64,000 nt of DNA from Polyangiaceae bacterium (GTDB lineage Bacteria > Myxococcota_A > Polyangia > Polyangiales > Polyangiaceae). The notes below the pieces were generated by a model. The model searched no databases. It saw only the letters and a list, made by a program, of their open reading frames with translations, and had not been told where the DNA came from. Positions 1 through 7,898 of this stretch are shown piece by piece. Position 1 is the first letter of the stretch. Each line of letters starts with the position of its first letter. A program made the translations under genes and the position numbers. The stretch is taken from positions 256,001 to 320,000 of the forward strand of contig JBILLK010000010.1 in the NCBI GenBank assembly GCA_044376115.1, given 5' to 3'.

Positions 1-1250
1 TCCATCAGCGTAACCAGCGTGCCGCCGCGCGCAGTGACAGCCTCTGCTAGCTCCTTCAGGGTGCCCTCGGCGCCCTCTCCATCGGCACCAACCACGACCA
101 ACGCATCGCCGGAACTGCGCACCGAGTCGACGGCGGCCGCGAGTGCGGAGCCGCTATCGACATGCTCGTTCACTGCGACGGCTGAGCGGTCTCCCTGAAA
201 GCGAAACCCGACGGCGGACCTGGTGGCTTGCGTCGCATGCAAGCTAACCGACCAACCATGCCTTTGGGCGAGCTCGGGTAGAGCGGGAGCCGTTGCGGCG
301 GTGACAATCACCGGTGGATGCGAAAAGCCGGGGATGGCCACCATGCTCGCGATTCGTTCTTGCTCGAAGGTGACGACGGCGCGACCGCGAACCGTTAGCT
401 GCTCAGCCACAGCCGCAGGGACCTGCGCGCGCGTGAGCACGGAGGCCAGGCGAAGCAGCGCAGCCCCTTCGGTTGGGAGCAACACCGCAACGTCTTTTCC
501 AGTCCACTCCCACACTGGACTCGTGGAAGCGAAGTCACACTGCAAGTCCCCAGTCACTCCGCGGAACGGCAGCAAACGCACCGGCGCAAAGTCGTAATCC
601 TGCTGCCCTTCGGCATAGCCAGCCTCGAGCGCCTCATTGAAATCCTTGCGCACAGCGCCTTCGTAGTTCTCCGAGAACAACTGTTGAACGCGCACCGCCT
701 TCTCCCAGGGCAGCGCCTCCCCCAAGCAGAAGTCACGCCCGAGTAGCGTTACGAGCTTGGCCTCGGGGACCGCGCGCTCAAAGCGCTCGAGCTCGGCTTG
801 TGCGCTACGTGCCGCCATGTCTCGACCGTCAAGGATCGCGTGGACCCGCACCGGCAGCTCGGCGTAGGTCAGCGCGCGACAGAGCTGGATGGCGTGGTCG
901 GTGCGACCGAGGGGGCTTTCGGACGAGAACAGCGCCACCACGTGAACGGTGCAGTTGGGAGTCTCCTCTCCAGAGAGAAAGTCGTTGAACGTGCCGCGCT
1001 GATAGCTCGCAAAATCCACCTGGGTGGAAAGGCTGGCCAAGGAAAGCAAGCCGCGGAGGTCATCCCCGTCGAGCACGGCGCTGGGGTTGGGGCGCACCGC
1101 ACCGGCGCCTAGGCCGTACACGTTCTCCCCTTCTTGCGCTGCGTCCAAAGGACGAAAGGTGGAGCCGTGATCACGCAGCGCCGCCTCGCACGCCTCATCA
1201 CCACCGTGCAGCAGGACCACGAGTGGCGACTTCAAGTCTTGCGCCGACAT
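1..1250 (-). CDS. Degenerate cofactor-independent phosphoglycerate mutase (iPGM/GpmI)-like protein, 3' end outside the window
   Basis: Not in the ORF track because no stop falls inside the window. Manual translation from ATG 1250 (TGATG overlap with the rnhA stop) is open to position 1: MSAQDLKSPLVVLLHGG...GLGAGAVR...VHVVALFS...DHAIQL...VHAILDGRDMAARSA...LVTLLGRDF...WEKA...DYDFAP. These blocks occur in iPGM order (VHAFLDGRDxxPxSA, GRYYAMDRD..W, DEF..P). Confidence 0.75.
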   Translation of the reverse strand, partial: MSAQDLKSPLVVLLHGGDEACEAALRDHGSTFRPLDAAQEGENVYGLGAGAVRPNPSAVLDGDDLRGLLSLASLSTQVDFASYQRGTFNDFLSGEETPNCTVHVVALFSSESPLGRTDHAIQLCRALTYAELPVRVHAILDGRDMAARSAQAELERFERAVPEAKLVTLLGRDFCLGEALPWEKAVRVQQLFSENYEGAVRKDFNEALEAGYAEGQQDYDFAPVRLLPFRGVTGDLQCDFASTSPVWEWTGKDVAVLLPTEGAALLRLASVLTRAQVPAAVAEQLTVRGRAVVTFEQERIASMVAIPGFSHPPVIVTAATAPALPELAQRHGWSVSLHATQATRSAVGFRFQGDRSAVAVNEHVDSGSALAAAVDSVRSSGDALVVVGADGEGAEGTLKELAEAVTARGGTLVTLM

Positions 1251-2035
1251 CAGGCGGTTCTCCGTGCAGCGGGGTTCTTCACGGTTCTGCGCTCGGTGCG
1301 ACGGCCAACCACCGCTGCGCGCGCGAGCTCATCACAGCGTTCGTTGAGTGGAATACCCGCATGACCTTTTACATAGCGAAGCTCCACACCGCCTCGCTTG
1401 CGCAGGACCGCGCGGATCTTCTCGATCAGCTCGGTGTTGGCCTTTGCTTTCCAACCCTTCTGCAACACGCCGATCGAATACTGACTATCGGTGTGAATCA
1501 ACAAGCGGCCGGTCCTCTCACCTGCCAGCTCCACGCCCCGCAAGATCGCCGTGAGTTCGGCGATGTTGTTGGTGCCGTGACCAAGATATTCGCTCAGCTC
1601 CTCGTTCTCCTCTTCGCCAACGACCACCACGCCCAAGCCCGCTGGACCAGGATTCCCGGTGCATGCGCCGTCGGTATAGATGAGGACGTTGGGACCAGCC
1701 GAGGCGCTGCTCGGAGCCTCACTCGCAACCTCGCCGAGGTCAGTTGAGTCGCTCGCGCTCGTGCTGGGTTTGGCGACGCTCGGCTTGCGAGCGGGCTTGG
1801 CCTTCGCCTGTTGCTCGGCCTTCTCGGCTGCGACGTCCTCTGCGGAACCGGGCGCGAGCAGCGTCAAATTCTGTGCTGCAGCGAGATACTTCTTCCCAGC
1901 GAACGGCGGCTCTTCACCCGGGCCGCCCGCCTTGAAGCGAATCTCGACTCGGCCGCCCTGCAGCGCCAGCTGTCCAGCCTCCGTGGTTTCGGCGTAGACC
2001 ACTTGACCTCGAAGGGATGCTCGCACCCACGGCAT
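1250..2035 (-). CDS. rnhA: Ribonuclease HI with ~115-aa N-terminal extension
   Basis: YTDGACTGNPG, TNNIAEL, HTDSQY and VKGHAG..NERCD motifs; the D-E-D-D catalytic set is intact. Confidence 0.93.
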   Translation of the reverse strand: MPWVRASLRGQVVYAETTEAGQLALQGGRVEIRFKAGGPGEEPPFAGKKYLAAAQNLTLLAPGSAEDVAAEKAEQQAKAKPARKPSVAKPSTSASDSTDLGEVASEAPSSASAGPNVLIYTDGACTGNPGPAGLGVVVVGEEENEELSEYLGHGTNNIAELTAILRGVELAGERTGRLLIHTDSQYSIGVLQKGWKAKANTELIEKIRAVLRKRGGVELRYVKGHAGIPLNERCDELARAAVVGRRTERRTVKNPAARRTA

Positions 2036-2161
2036 GACGGCTTCTTACCAGACCGACGAGGCCGTTGACAGCTGCGCGGTAGCTCGTCGCACGACAGTTT
2101 TTTTCACGGCTTCGCCCTTGGATCTTTCTGCCGCACAAGAGGCATTGTACGACCCGCGCAC

Positions 2162-2992
2162 GTGGCCTCCTCGTCGATGTTTCGCCCTGGGCTGTTCGAT
2201 AACCTCGTCGTCCTCGTAACTGGAGGTGGCAGCGGCATTGGCCTCGCCACCGCCGCGGAGCTGCTCGCGCTTGGAGCCAGCGTGGCCATCTGTGGCCGCA
2301 ACGCGGACAAGCTGGCCGCCGCCAAAGCGGACTTGGCGCAGCAGGTCCCTTCGGCAAAACCCGATGCGCTGCTCGCGCAGGTATGTGACATCCGTGATGG
2401 CGAGGCCGTAAGCCAACTCGTGTCGGCGGTGGTGGAGAAGTTCGGTCGCATCGACGTGCTGATCAACAACGCGGGCGGCCAGTTTCCCACGCCAGCCGAG
2501 GGGCTCTCGGTCAAAGGCTGGGAGGCGGTGATTCGCAATAACCTCACTGGCACCTTCACGATGACCCGTGAAGTCGCGACGCGTTCAATGATCCCGCGCA
2601 AGTTCGGACGCATCGTCAACATCACGGCCATGGTCGCGCGTGGGTTCCCAGGCATGAGCCACACAGGCGCCGCTCGAGCCGGAGTCGAGAACCTCACCAA
2701 AACGCTCGCCGTCGAATGGGCGCAACACAACATTCGGGTCAATGCAGTCGCTCCCGGTAACAACATTCGTTCGAGCGGTACGGCCCAATACGGTGACCAC
2801 GCGTTGGAGCTCGCTCGTCGCGCGACCCCGCTCAAGAGGCTAGGCACCCCCGAAGAAATAGCGAGGGTCATCATCTTCCTCGCTTCGCCCGAGAATGACT
2901 TCGTCACGGGGCAGGTTTGGGGAGTCGACGGCGGGCAACCACTCTGGGGCGACATCTGGATGATCCCCGATCCGACCGAGACCTCGACGTAA
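2162..2992 (+). CDS. SDR oxidoreductase, peroxisomal trans-2-enoyl-CoA reductase/AtuB-like
   Basis: TGGGSGIG, NNAGGQF, HTGAARAGV and RVNAVAPG motifs. Confidence 0.85.
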   Translation: MASSSMFRPGLFDNLVVLVTGGGSGIGLATAAELLALGASVAICGRNADKLAAAKADLAQQVPSAKPDALLAQVCDIRDGEAVSQLVSAVVEKFGRIDVLINNAGGQFPTPAEGLSVKGWEAVIRNNLTGTFTMTREVATRSMIPRKFGRIVNITAMVARGFPGMSHTGAARAGVENLTKTLAVEWAQHNIRVNAVAPGNNIRSSGTAQYGDHALELARRATPLKRLGTPEEIARVIIFLASPENDFVTGQVWGVDGGQPLWGDIWMIPDPTETST

Positions 2993-3000
2993 GGGTAGCC

Positions 3001-5481
3001 GTGACCCTCTCGAACCTCCCGGCAAAGCTCGCCGTTCCCATGCGCTTCCCATGGCTTCGCAACACCCTGAAGACTGGGTGGGAGCAGGTGAAGCATTACT
3101 TCAGCGTGCGCCCCGCGACGTTTGCCGCGGCCTTCTGGCCGATGATCACGCTCTCGGTGCTGCTCTACATTCGCTACTTACCAACGACGAACTACATCTT
3201 TGATGAGCAGGAGGCGCTGCTCGGTAACCCCTACTTGAATCAGCCAACGTTCAAGTATGGGGACGCGATCTACCGCGATTTTTGGGGGCTTCCAGCCAAC
3301 GCATCGATCGGCTCTTACCGGCCCGTTCCCAATCTACTTTGGCGCGGCCTAATCGAGTTTGGGGAACGTGGGCAGGCGCTCATCGACAACAACATTCCGG
3401 CTGCATGGAAGGTCTCCTACGCAAACCTGCACGAGTCGATGAATCCGGGGCGTCCGGTTGAGACCTTGCCGGATCTGATGAAGAAGAGCTGGCCGCAACA
3501 TCTCTTCAATCTCTTCTTTCACGGTATCAACGGAGCGTTGTTCGTAGCGATGGCCTACCGGCTTTCACGGCGCAACCTCGTCGCGTGGCTAGCTGGCACC
3601 ACCTTCGTCACCGCTGCGATCCTCACGGAGGCGGTCTCAGGCGTCGTCGGAATCGCGGACGTACTCGGCGGCCTCGGCGCGCTCTTGGCGTTGGCCGCGC
3701 TCTCCACGCGCGCCTACGTGATGCCGTTCGCGGTCTTTAGTGCTGTATTGCTGGGGTTGTTCTCGAAGGAGAGCGCAATTGTTTGTGTTCCACTGACGCC
3801 GGTCGCAGCGCTGCTGCTCTCTCACCTGCTCCACCCCGACAAACCCGCACGGCTCGTGCGCGCTGGTCTGTCGCTCGTCGGCGCAGCGTTGGCGTTCATC
3901 GTTTACGTCGAGCTTCGAAAACGCTGGTTTCCATCCTCACTTCCAAGTGAGCTAGCCGAGGGCTTGGAGCCAGGCTCGTCCGCCGCATCCCACTACATGC
4001 GGGAGTTCATGGTCTGGTTTCACCAGGCGCCTTTACCCAAAGATCGACTCAACAACCCCTTGGTCGACGCCCCTCCGGACCTGCGCGTTGCAGGAGCTTG
4101 TCGGGTGTACGCACGCGGCCTCTCGCAGGTGGTCTTCCCGTGGACCTTGTCTGGGGACTATTCCTACCCACAGGAGCCAGCGCCAACCGAGCTCATCTTT
4201 CCGGAGAGCGTACTGGGCTGGTTCATGATGGTGGGTCCGCTCGGGCTAGCCCTCGGGCTTTTCGTACTGGCGTTGAAGCGAGAGTGGAAACACCGAGAGC
4301 CTCTCCGCCCGCACGTCGTCCACCCGTTTGGAGTTGGACTCGCGCAGTGGTTCACCAAGAAGTCCCGCCATTCGCAGATCGAAAAGCAAACCCCCGTGAT
4401 CGCGCTGTGGGAGCGACGGTTGTTTGAGGTCGCGGTCATTTTCGGCACCGCATGGCTTGCGTACAAGCTGAACACCGTCGGGCCGAGTGAGATGAACAAG
4501 GACTTTGGGGACAAGGAGCTCGACCGCAACATCCTATTCCCGTCCCATGCGGTTAATGACCTCATGGCCTACGGCGCCTGTGCCTGCTTGTTCGTCGGCG
4601 GCCTGGTCGAGGGCCTTTGGAAGCCCCGCACGACAGCGGCAACCGACTATCGCTTACCCGTTGCGGCACTCGGGCTCGTCTGGTTGGTCGTGAGCTACTT
4701 CCCTCACTCCAACATTGCAGTCTTGCTGCCCACGGTTCGAGCGGAGCGGCTTTGGTATTTCCCGGTGCTGGGCACCACCATGGTGATCGCGTTGCTGCTC
4801 TCCGCCGGCTTCGACCGCGCCAAAGAGCTGCGCCGCTGGGGCTCCTATGCGTGGATCGTCCCAACGGTTTTTCTCACCTTCCAGGGTGGACGCGCCTACT
4901 TACAATCCACGGCCTATCGGGATGACCTCATATTCTGGCGCGACACCAAGAACGCGGTTCCCAATAGCGCAAAGGCCCACCTCAACTACTCGGTAATGCT
5001 CGGCGCACGCAGTCGTTGGCAAGAGAGACTAGAAGAGAGCCTGATTGCGCTCGAGCTCGCCCCCGACTGGGCGATGGCTCACGTGTATACGGGGGATACG
5101 CTCTGTCGCATGGGTCGCCCCGAGGAGTCCTGGGCTTATTACAAGACGGGCTTCGACAAGGGCCCCAATGACAAAGGTCTCATCGTCTTGGGCCTACAAT
5201 GCCTTTGGGACACAAAGCACCTCAAGCTCCATGAAGAGGAGCTGCGCGCTCTTTCGGAGGCGCATCCCGGCTCCTGGATTGCCTACCTCGCGGACGACAC
5301 CTTGCGTAACGGGGATAAGCAGGGCGGCGTGATGCGCGACAAGCCCGCAGGGCAAGAAGCCGCTGAGACTGCCACCGAGACGGCCGAAGCCACTGACAGC
5401 GCCACCACAACAGAATCGGTCAGTGCTCAAGAGGCGACCTCCGGCTCAGCGACCGCCACAACCTCCGAGGAGCCACGCTGA
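3001..5481 (+). CDS. TMTC-family (DUF1736) GT-C membrane glycosyltransferase with C-terminal TPR-like repeats
   Basis: IFDE..A...NP, DFWG, SYRP, EAVSGVVG.AD, LFSKE, LSGDYS and AERLWY blocks; many TM segments; Ser/Thr/Glu-rich tail. Start GTG 3001 or ATG 3040 (estimated). Confidence 0.78.
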   Translation: MTLSNLPAKLAVPMRFPWLRNTLKTGWEQVKHYFSVRPATFAAAFWPMITLSVLLYIRYLPTTNYIFDEQEALLGNPYLNQPTFKYGDAIYRDFWGLPANASIGSYRPVPNLLWRGLIEFGERGQALIDNNIPAAWKVSYANLHESMNPGRPVETLPDLMKKSWPQHLFNLFFHGINGALFVAMAYRLSRRNLVAWLAGTTFVTAAILTEAVSGVVGIADVLGGLGALLALAALSTRAYVMPFAVFSAVLLGLFSKESAIVCVPLTPVAALLLSHLLHPDKPARLVRAGLSLVGAALAFIVYVELRKRWFPSSLPSELAEGLEPGSSAASHYMREFMVWFHQAPLPKDRLNNPLVDAPPDLRVAGACRVYARGLSQVVFPWTLSGDYSYPQEPAPTELIFPESVLGWFMMVGPLGLALGLFVLALKREWKHREPLRPHVVHPFGVGLAQWFTKKSRHSQIEKQTPVIALWERRLFEVAVIFGTAWLAYKLNTVGPSEMNKDFGDKELDRNILFPSHAVNDLMAYGACACLFVGGLVEGLWKPRTTAATDYRLPVAALGLVWLVVSYFPHSNIAVLLPTVRAERLWYFPVLGTTMVIALLLSAGFDRAKELRRWGSYAWIVPTVFLTFQGGRAYLQSTAYRDDLIFWRDTKNAVPNSAKAHLNYSVMLGARSRWQERLEESLIALELAPDWAMAHVYTGDTLCRMGRPEESWAYYKTGFDKGPNDKGLIVLGLQCLWDTKHLKLHEEELRALSEAHPGSWIAYLADDTLRNGDKQGGVMRDKPAGQEAAETATETAEATDSATTTESVSAQEATSGSATATTSEEPR

Positions 5482-6599
5482 TGTCAACGCAAGCACGATG
5501 GATCGTCGCAATGCTCAGCCTCGTTGGCTGCGCCAGTACCGCCGAGAGCGTGGACCGCCACGAGGGCAGCGCCCAGACCGCTAGCGCCAAGACCGCTAGC
5601 GCCAAGACCGCGCCTTCCCCCTCCACGTCGAGCAATCCTTCGGCAGCGAAAACTGTAAGCAGCGTGGCAACCGTTCCCACCTCGTCACCAAGTGCGGCCG
5701 GCAGCAAGTGCGCGGCCCCGTCGCTGGACTTCACGCCAACTCGAGACTTCAACCACAGTCGTTCGAAGCTCGCGGCGAAATCTGGGGAGCCGCGCCACGT
5801 AGGCGTGGACCAGCTCTCCGCGCCGGGTGAGAGCACGAAGCTGCGGGCGAAGTTTAGCTACGGTGCCGTGCGTAAGGATCTCGAAGATGAGACGGTGGTC
5901 TTCTTCACGCGCACCGAGCCGGCTTGCAGCTACACCGAAGTCGGCCGTAGCGAGACCAACGATGAAGGCTGGGCCGAGGTCGAGCTCAAGAGCGCACCGC
6001 TTGGAACCCACGAGATCCTGGCCGTCGTCGCAGCGGACGGCTCTCGAGCTCTTGCGAAGCTTTACACCATCGCGCCCAAGACAAAGGCCGTGGTGTTCGA
6101 CGTGGACGCAACCTTGACGACCAGCGACGCTGAAGTCTTTGAAGAGGTGCTTGCCGGAAAAATCCCCGATATGCGCCCAGACGCAGACAAGGTCGTAAAC
6201 GCCTATGCAAAGGCCGGCTACTTCATTGTCTATCTAACGGGTCGCCCCACAGCGCTTCGTCAAAAGTCCAAGGATTGGCTAGCAGCCAAGGGGTTCCCTG
6301 ACAGCTTCCTGCGAGTCACCGATCACGTGCGTGAAGCGATGCCTACTGAGGACGGCGTGCAGAAGTTCAAGCAACGCGCGCTCGACAAGATGAAGTCGCA
6401 AGGGCTTGAGTTCGTGCAGGCGTACGGCAACGCGCCGACCGACATTTGTGCCTATAGCCACGCCGGTATTCCTGTAGAGAAGACCTTCATCTTGGGCCGT
6501 CACGCCGGTGAGGGTTGCGGCCAAAGCGCAAAGACGGTGGCGCTCGAGAGCTACACGGCGCAACTGCCCAAGCTACCGGCGTTGCTCGGCACGCCTTAG
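5481..6599 (+). CDS. Lipoprotein with LNS2/PITP-C-terminal-type HAD phosphatase domain
   Basis: Lipobox LVGC; Ser/Thr-rich linker; VVFDVDATLT (DxDxT), YLTGRP and AYGN..TD motifs; TGATG coupling to the upstream gene. Confidence 0.8.
   Translation: MSTQARWIVAMLSLVGCASTAESVDRHEGSAQTASAKTASAKTAPSPSTSSNPSAAKTVSSVATVPTSSPSAAGSKCAAPSLDFTPTRDFNHSRSKLAAKSGEPRHVGVDQLSAPGESTKLRAKFSYGAVRKDLEDETVVFFTRTEPACSYTEVGRSETNDEGWAEVELKSAPLGTHEILAVVAADGSRALAKLYTIAPKTKAVVFDVDATLTTSDAEVFEEVLAGKIPDMRPDADKVVNAYAKAGYFIVYLTGRPTALRQKSKDWLAAKGFPDSFLRVTDHVREAMPTEDGVQKFKQRALDKMKSQGLEFVQAYGNAPTDICAYSHAGIPVEKTFILGRHAGEGCGQSAKTVALESYTAQLPKLPALLGTP
5571..5611 (+). repeat. 15-bp coding tandem repeat (AQTAS-AKTAS-AKTA)
   Basis: The unit agaccgctagcgcca repeats about 2.7 times. 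Confidence 0.7.
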
Positions 6600-6602
6600 C
6601 AG

Positions 6603-7862
6603 CTACAGTTGTTCGCAGTAGTAGCGGCTGAAGTCGGTGGCGCAAGGCACGTCAACAATTGCGCCGTTGAGGATCGCCGCGCATTCCTCCTCGTGATTTT
6701 CAGTCCCATCTCCGTCGTTCGGCTCGTCCATCAGCCAGAAAAAGGCAGACCCGTTGGCGACCGCCGTGAGATTGGAATAGAGCCACCCCTCGTTCAGCTC
6801 CGTAGCAGAGGGGGATTGATAGGCGCCAATCAACCGCCGCTCCCCCATACTCAGGAAGCCCGTGAGAAAGCTCAACTCCTCGCTGCTCTCGATGCGGGCC
6901 AGTTCAAAGCCCTCTCCACATTGAACTTGCTTCAAGCTCGTGGCCTGACCGCAATCTTTGTACACACGGTTGGAAAGGTCGACGCGCACCACGCAATCAC
7001 AGGCCTGGTCCCCGTCCACGGTGCCATCACAATCGTCGTCGAGGCCGTTGCATAGCTCTGCGGGAGGCGACGCCAGGGCCACGCAGTTTTGGTCCGCCGG
7101 TAACGAGCAGTCGAAGGTTCCGGGGCAGCCTTGGCCCAAAACGCAGGGCGCGCCCTCGACGCACTCATCCGCGATCTCCTCGCAGGCGATGGAGATGTTG
7201 GTATTCGTGCAGTATTCGTCGTTGAGAGCAACAGTTCCTTGGTCCCGTAGGGTGCCGCAGTTCTCGTCACCATTTTCAACGTAGTCGGGTGAAGGACCGC
7301 CGGTGTCGTTGGGCTCTGCGGAGTTCCACACCATGGGCACCCCTGGCCTATCCCAATGCCAACCGGCAATCGCCGAGAAGGCGCCGGCGTCTTGCTTCAG
7401 GCCAACGACGAACTGCGTCGCAGTAAAGGAAGCGAGGAAGGCTTGCTCCGCCGCAGTTTGCGGCACGAAGATCCGCGTTCCCAACGGACAGCTGAGCTCA
7501 CCGGAAGCCTGAGCCTCACAGCTCGCGTAACGCCTTCCTTCGAATACGAGCCACTCACAACCGCAGGCAACGCCCGTGGTACCAGGAGGGTCGTCGGCAA
7601 ATCCGTCGCAGTCCCCGTCGAGCCCGTCACAGGCGTCCTGCTGGCATCCGCCGGCGCCGCCGGTTCCGCCCATCCCGCCGAGCCCGCCTGTGGCAGCGCC
7701 GCCAGCTGCGTTCCCACCGCCACCTGCACCACCCGCACCGCCTTCAGGCGCGCCACCTTGAGCAGCACCGCCACCCCCTGCACCGTCGGTCGTGTAGTTG
7801 ATCGCGGTACAGCTGGTGATCAGCAAGAACACGATGGGAGAGCGCAAAACCCACGCTAGCAA
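6603..7862 (-). CDS. Lipoprotein with two C-type lectin-like domains and CNGLDDDCDG-type Cys/Asp repeats
   Basis: Signal peptide ending ITSC; Gly-rich linker; W..xEPND...ENC...LND..C and W..DEPND...EEC...VD.PC. Confidence 0.75.
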   Translation of the reverse strand: MLAWVLRSPIVFLLITSCTAINYTTDGAGGGGAAQGGAPEGGAGGAGGGGNAAGGAATGGLGGMGGTGGAGGCQQDACDGLDGDCDGFADDPPGTTGVACGCEWLVFEGRRYASCEAQASGELSCPLGTRIFVPQTAAEQAFLASFTATQFVVGLKQDAGAFSAIAGWHWDRPGVPMVWNSAEPNDTGGPSPDYVENGDENCGTLRDQGTVALNDEYCTNTNISIACEEIADECVEGAPCVLGQGCPGTFDCSLPADQNCVALASPPAELCNGLDDDCDGTVDGDQACDCVVRVDLSNRVYKDCGQATSLKQVQCGEGFELARIESSEELSFLTGFLSMGERRLIGAYQSPSATELNEGWLYSNLTAVANGSAFFWLMDEPNDGDGTENHEEECAAILNGAIVDVPCATDFSRYYCEQL

Positions 7863-7898
7863 GCCTATCAGGTCGCTGTCTCACTCATCCAGCTTCAG

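Noticed and set aside
223..1364. Short ORFs listed in the track at the left edge
   Set aside because: Explained by the longer unlisted minus-strand iPGM-like frame.
1250..2035. RNase H as part of a retroelement or defence system
   Set aside because: No reverse transcriptase or ncRNA nearby; motifs match housekeeping RNase HI.
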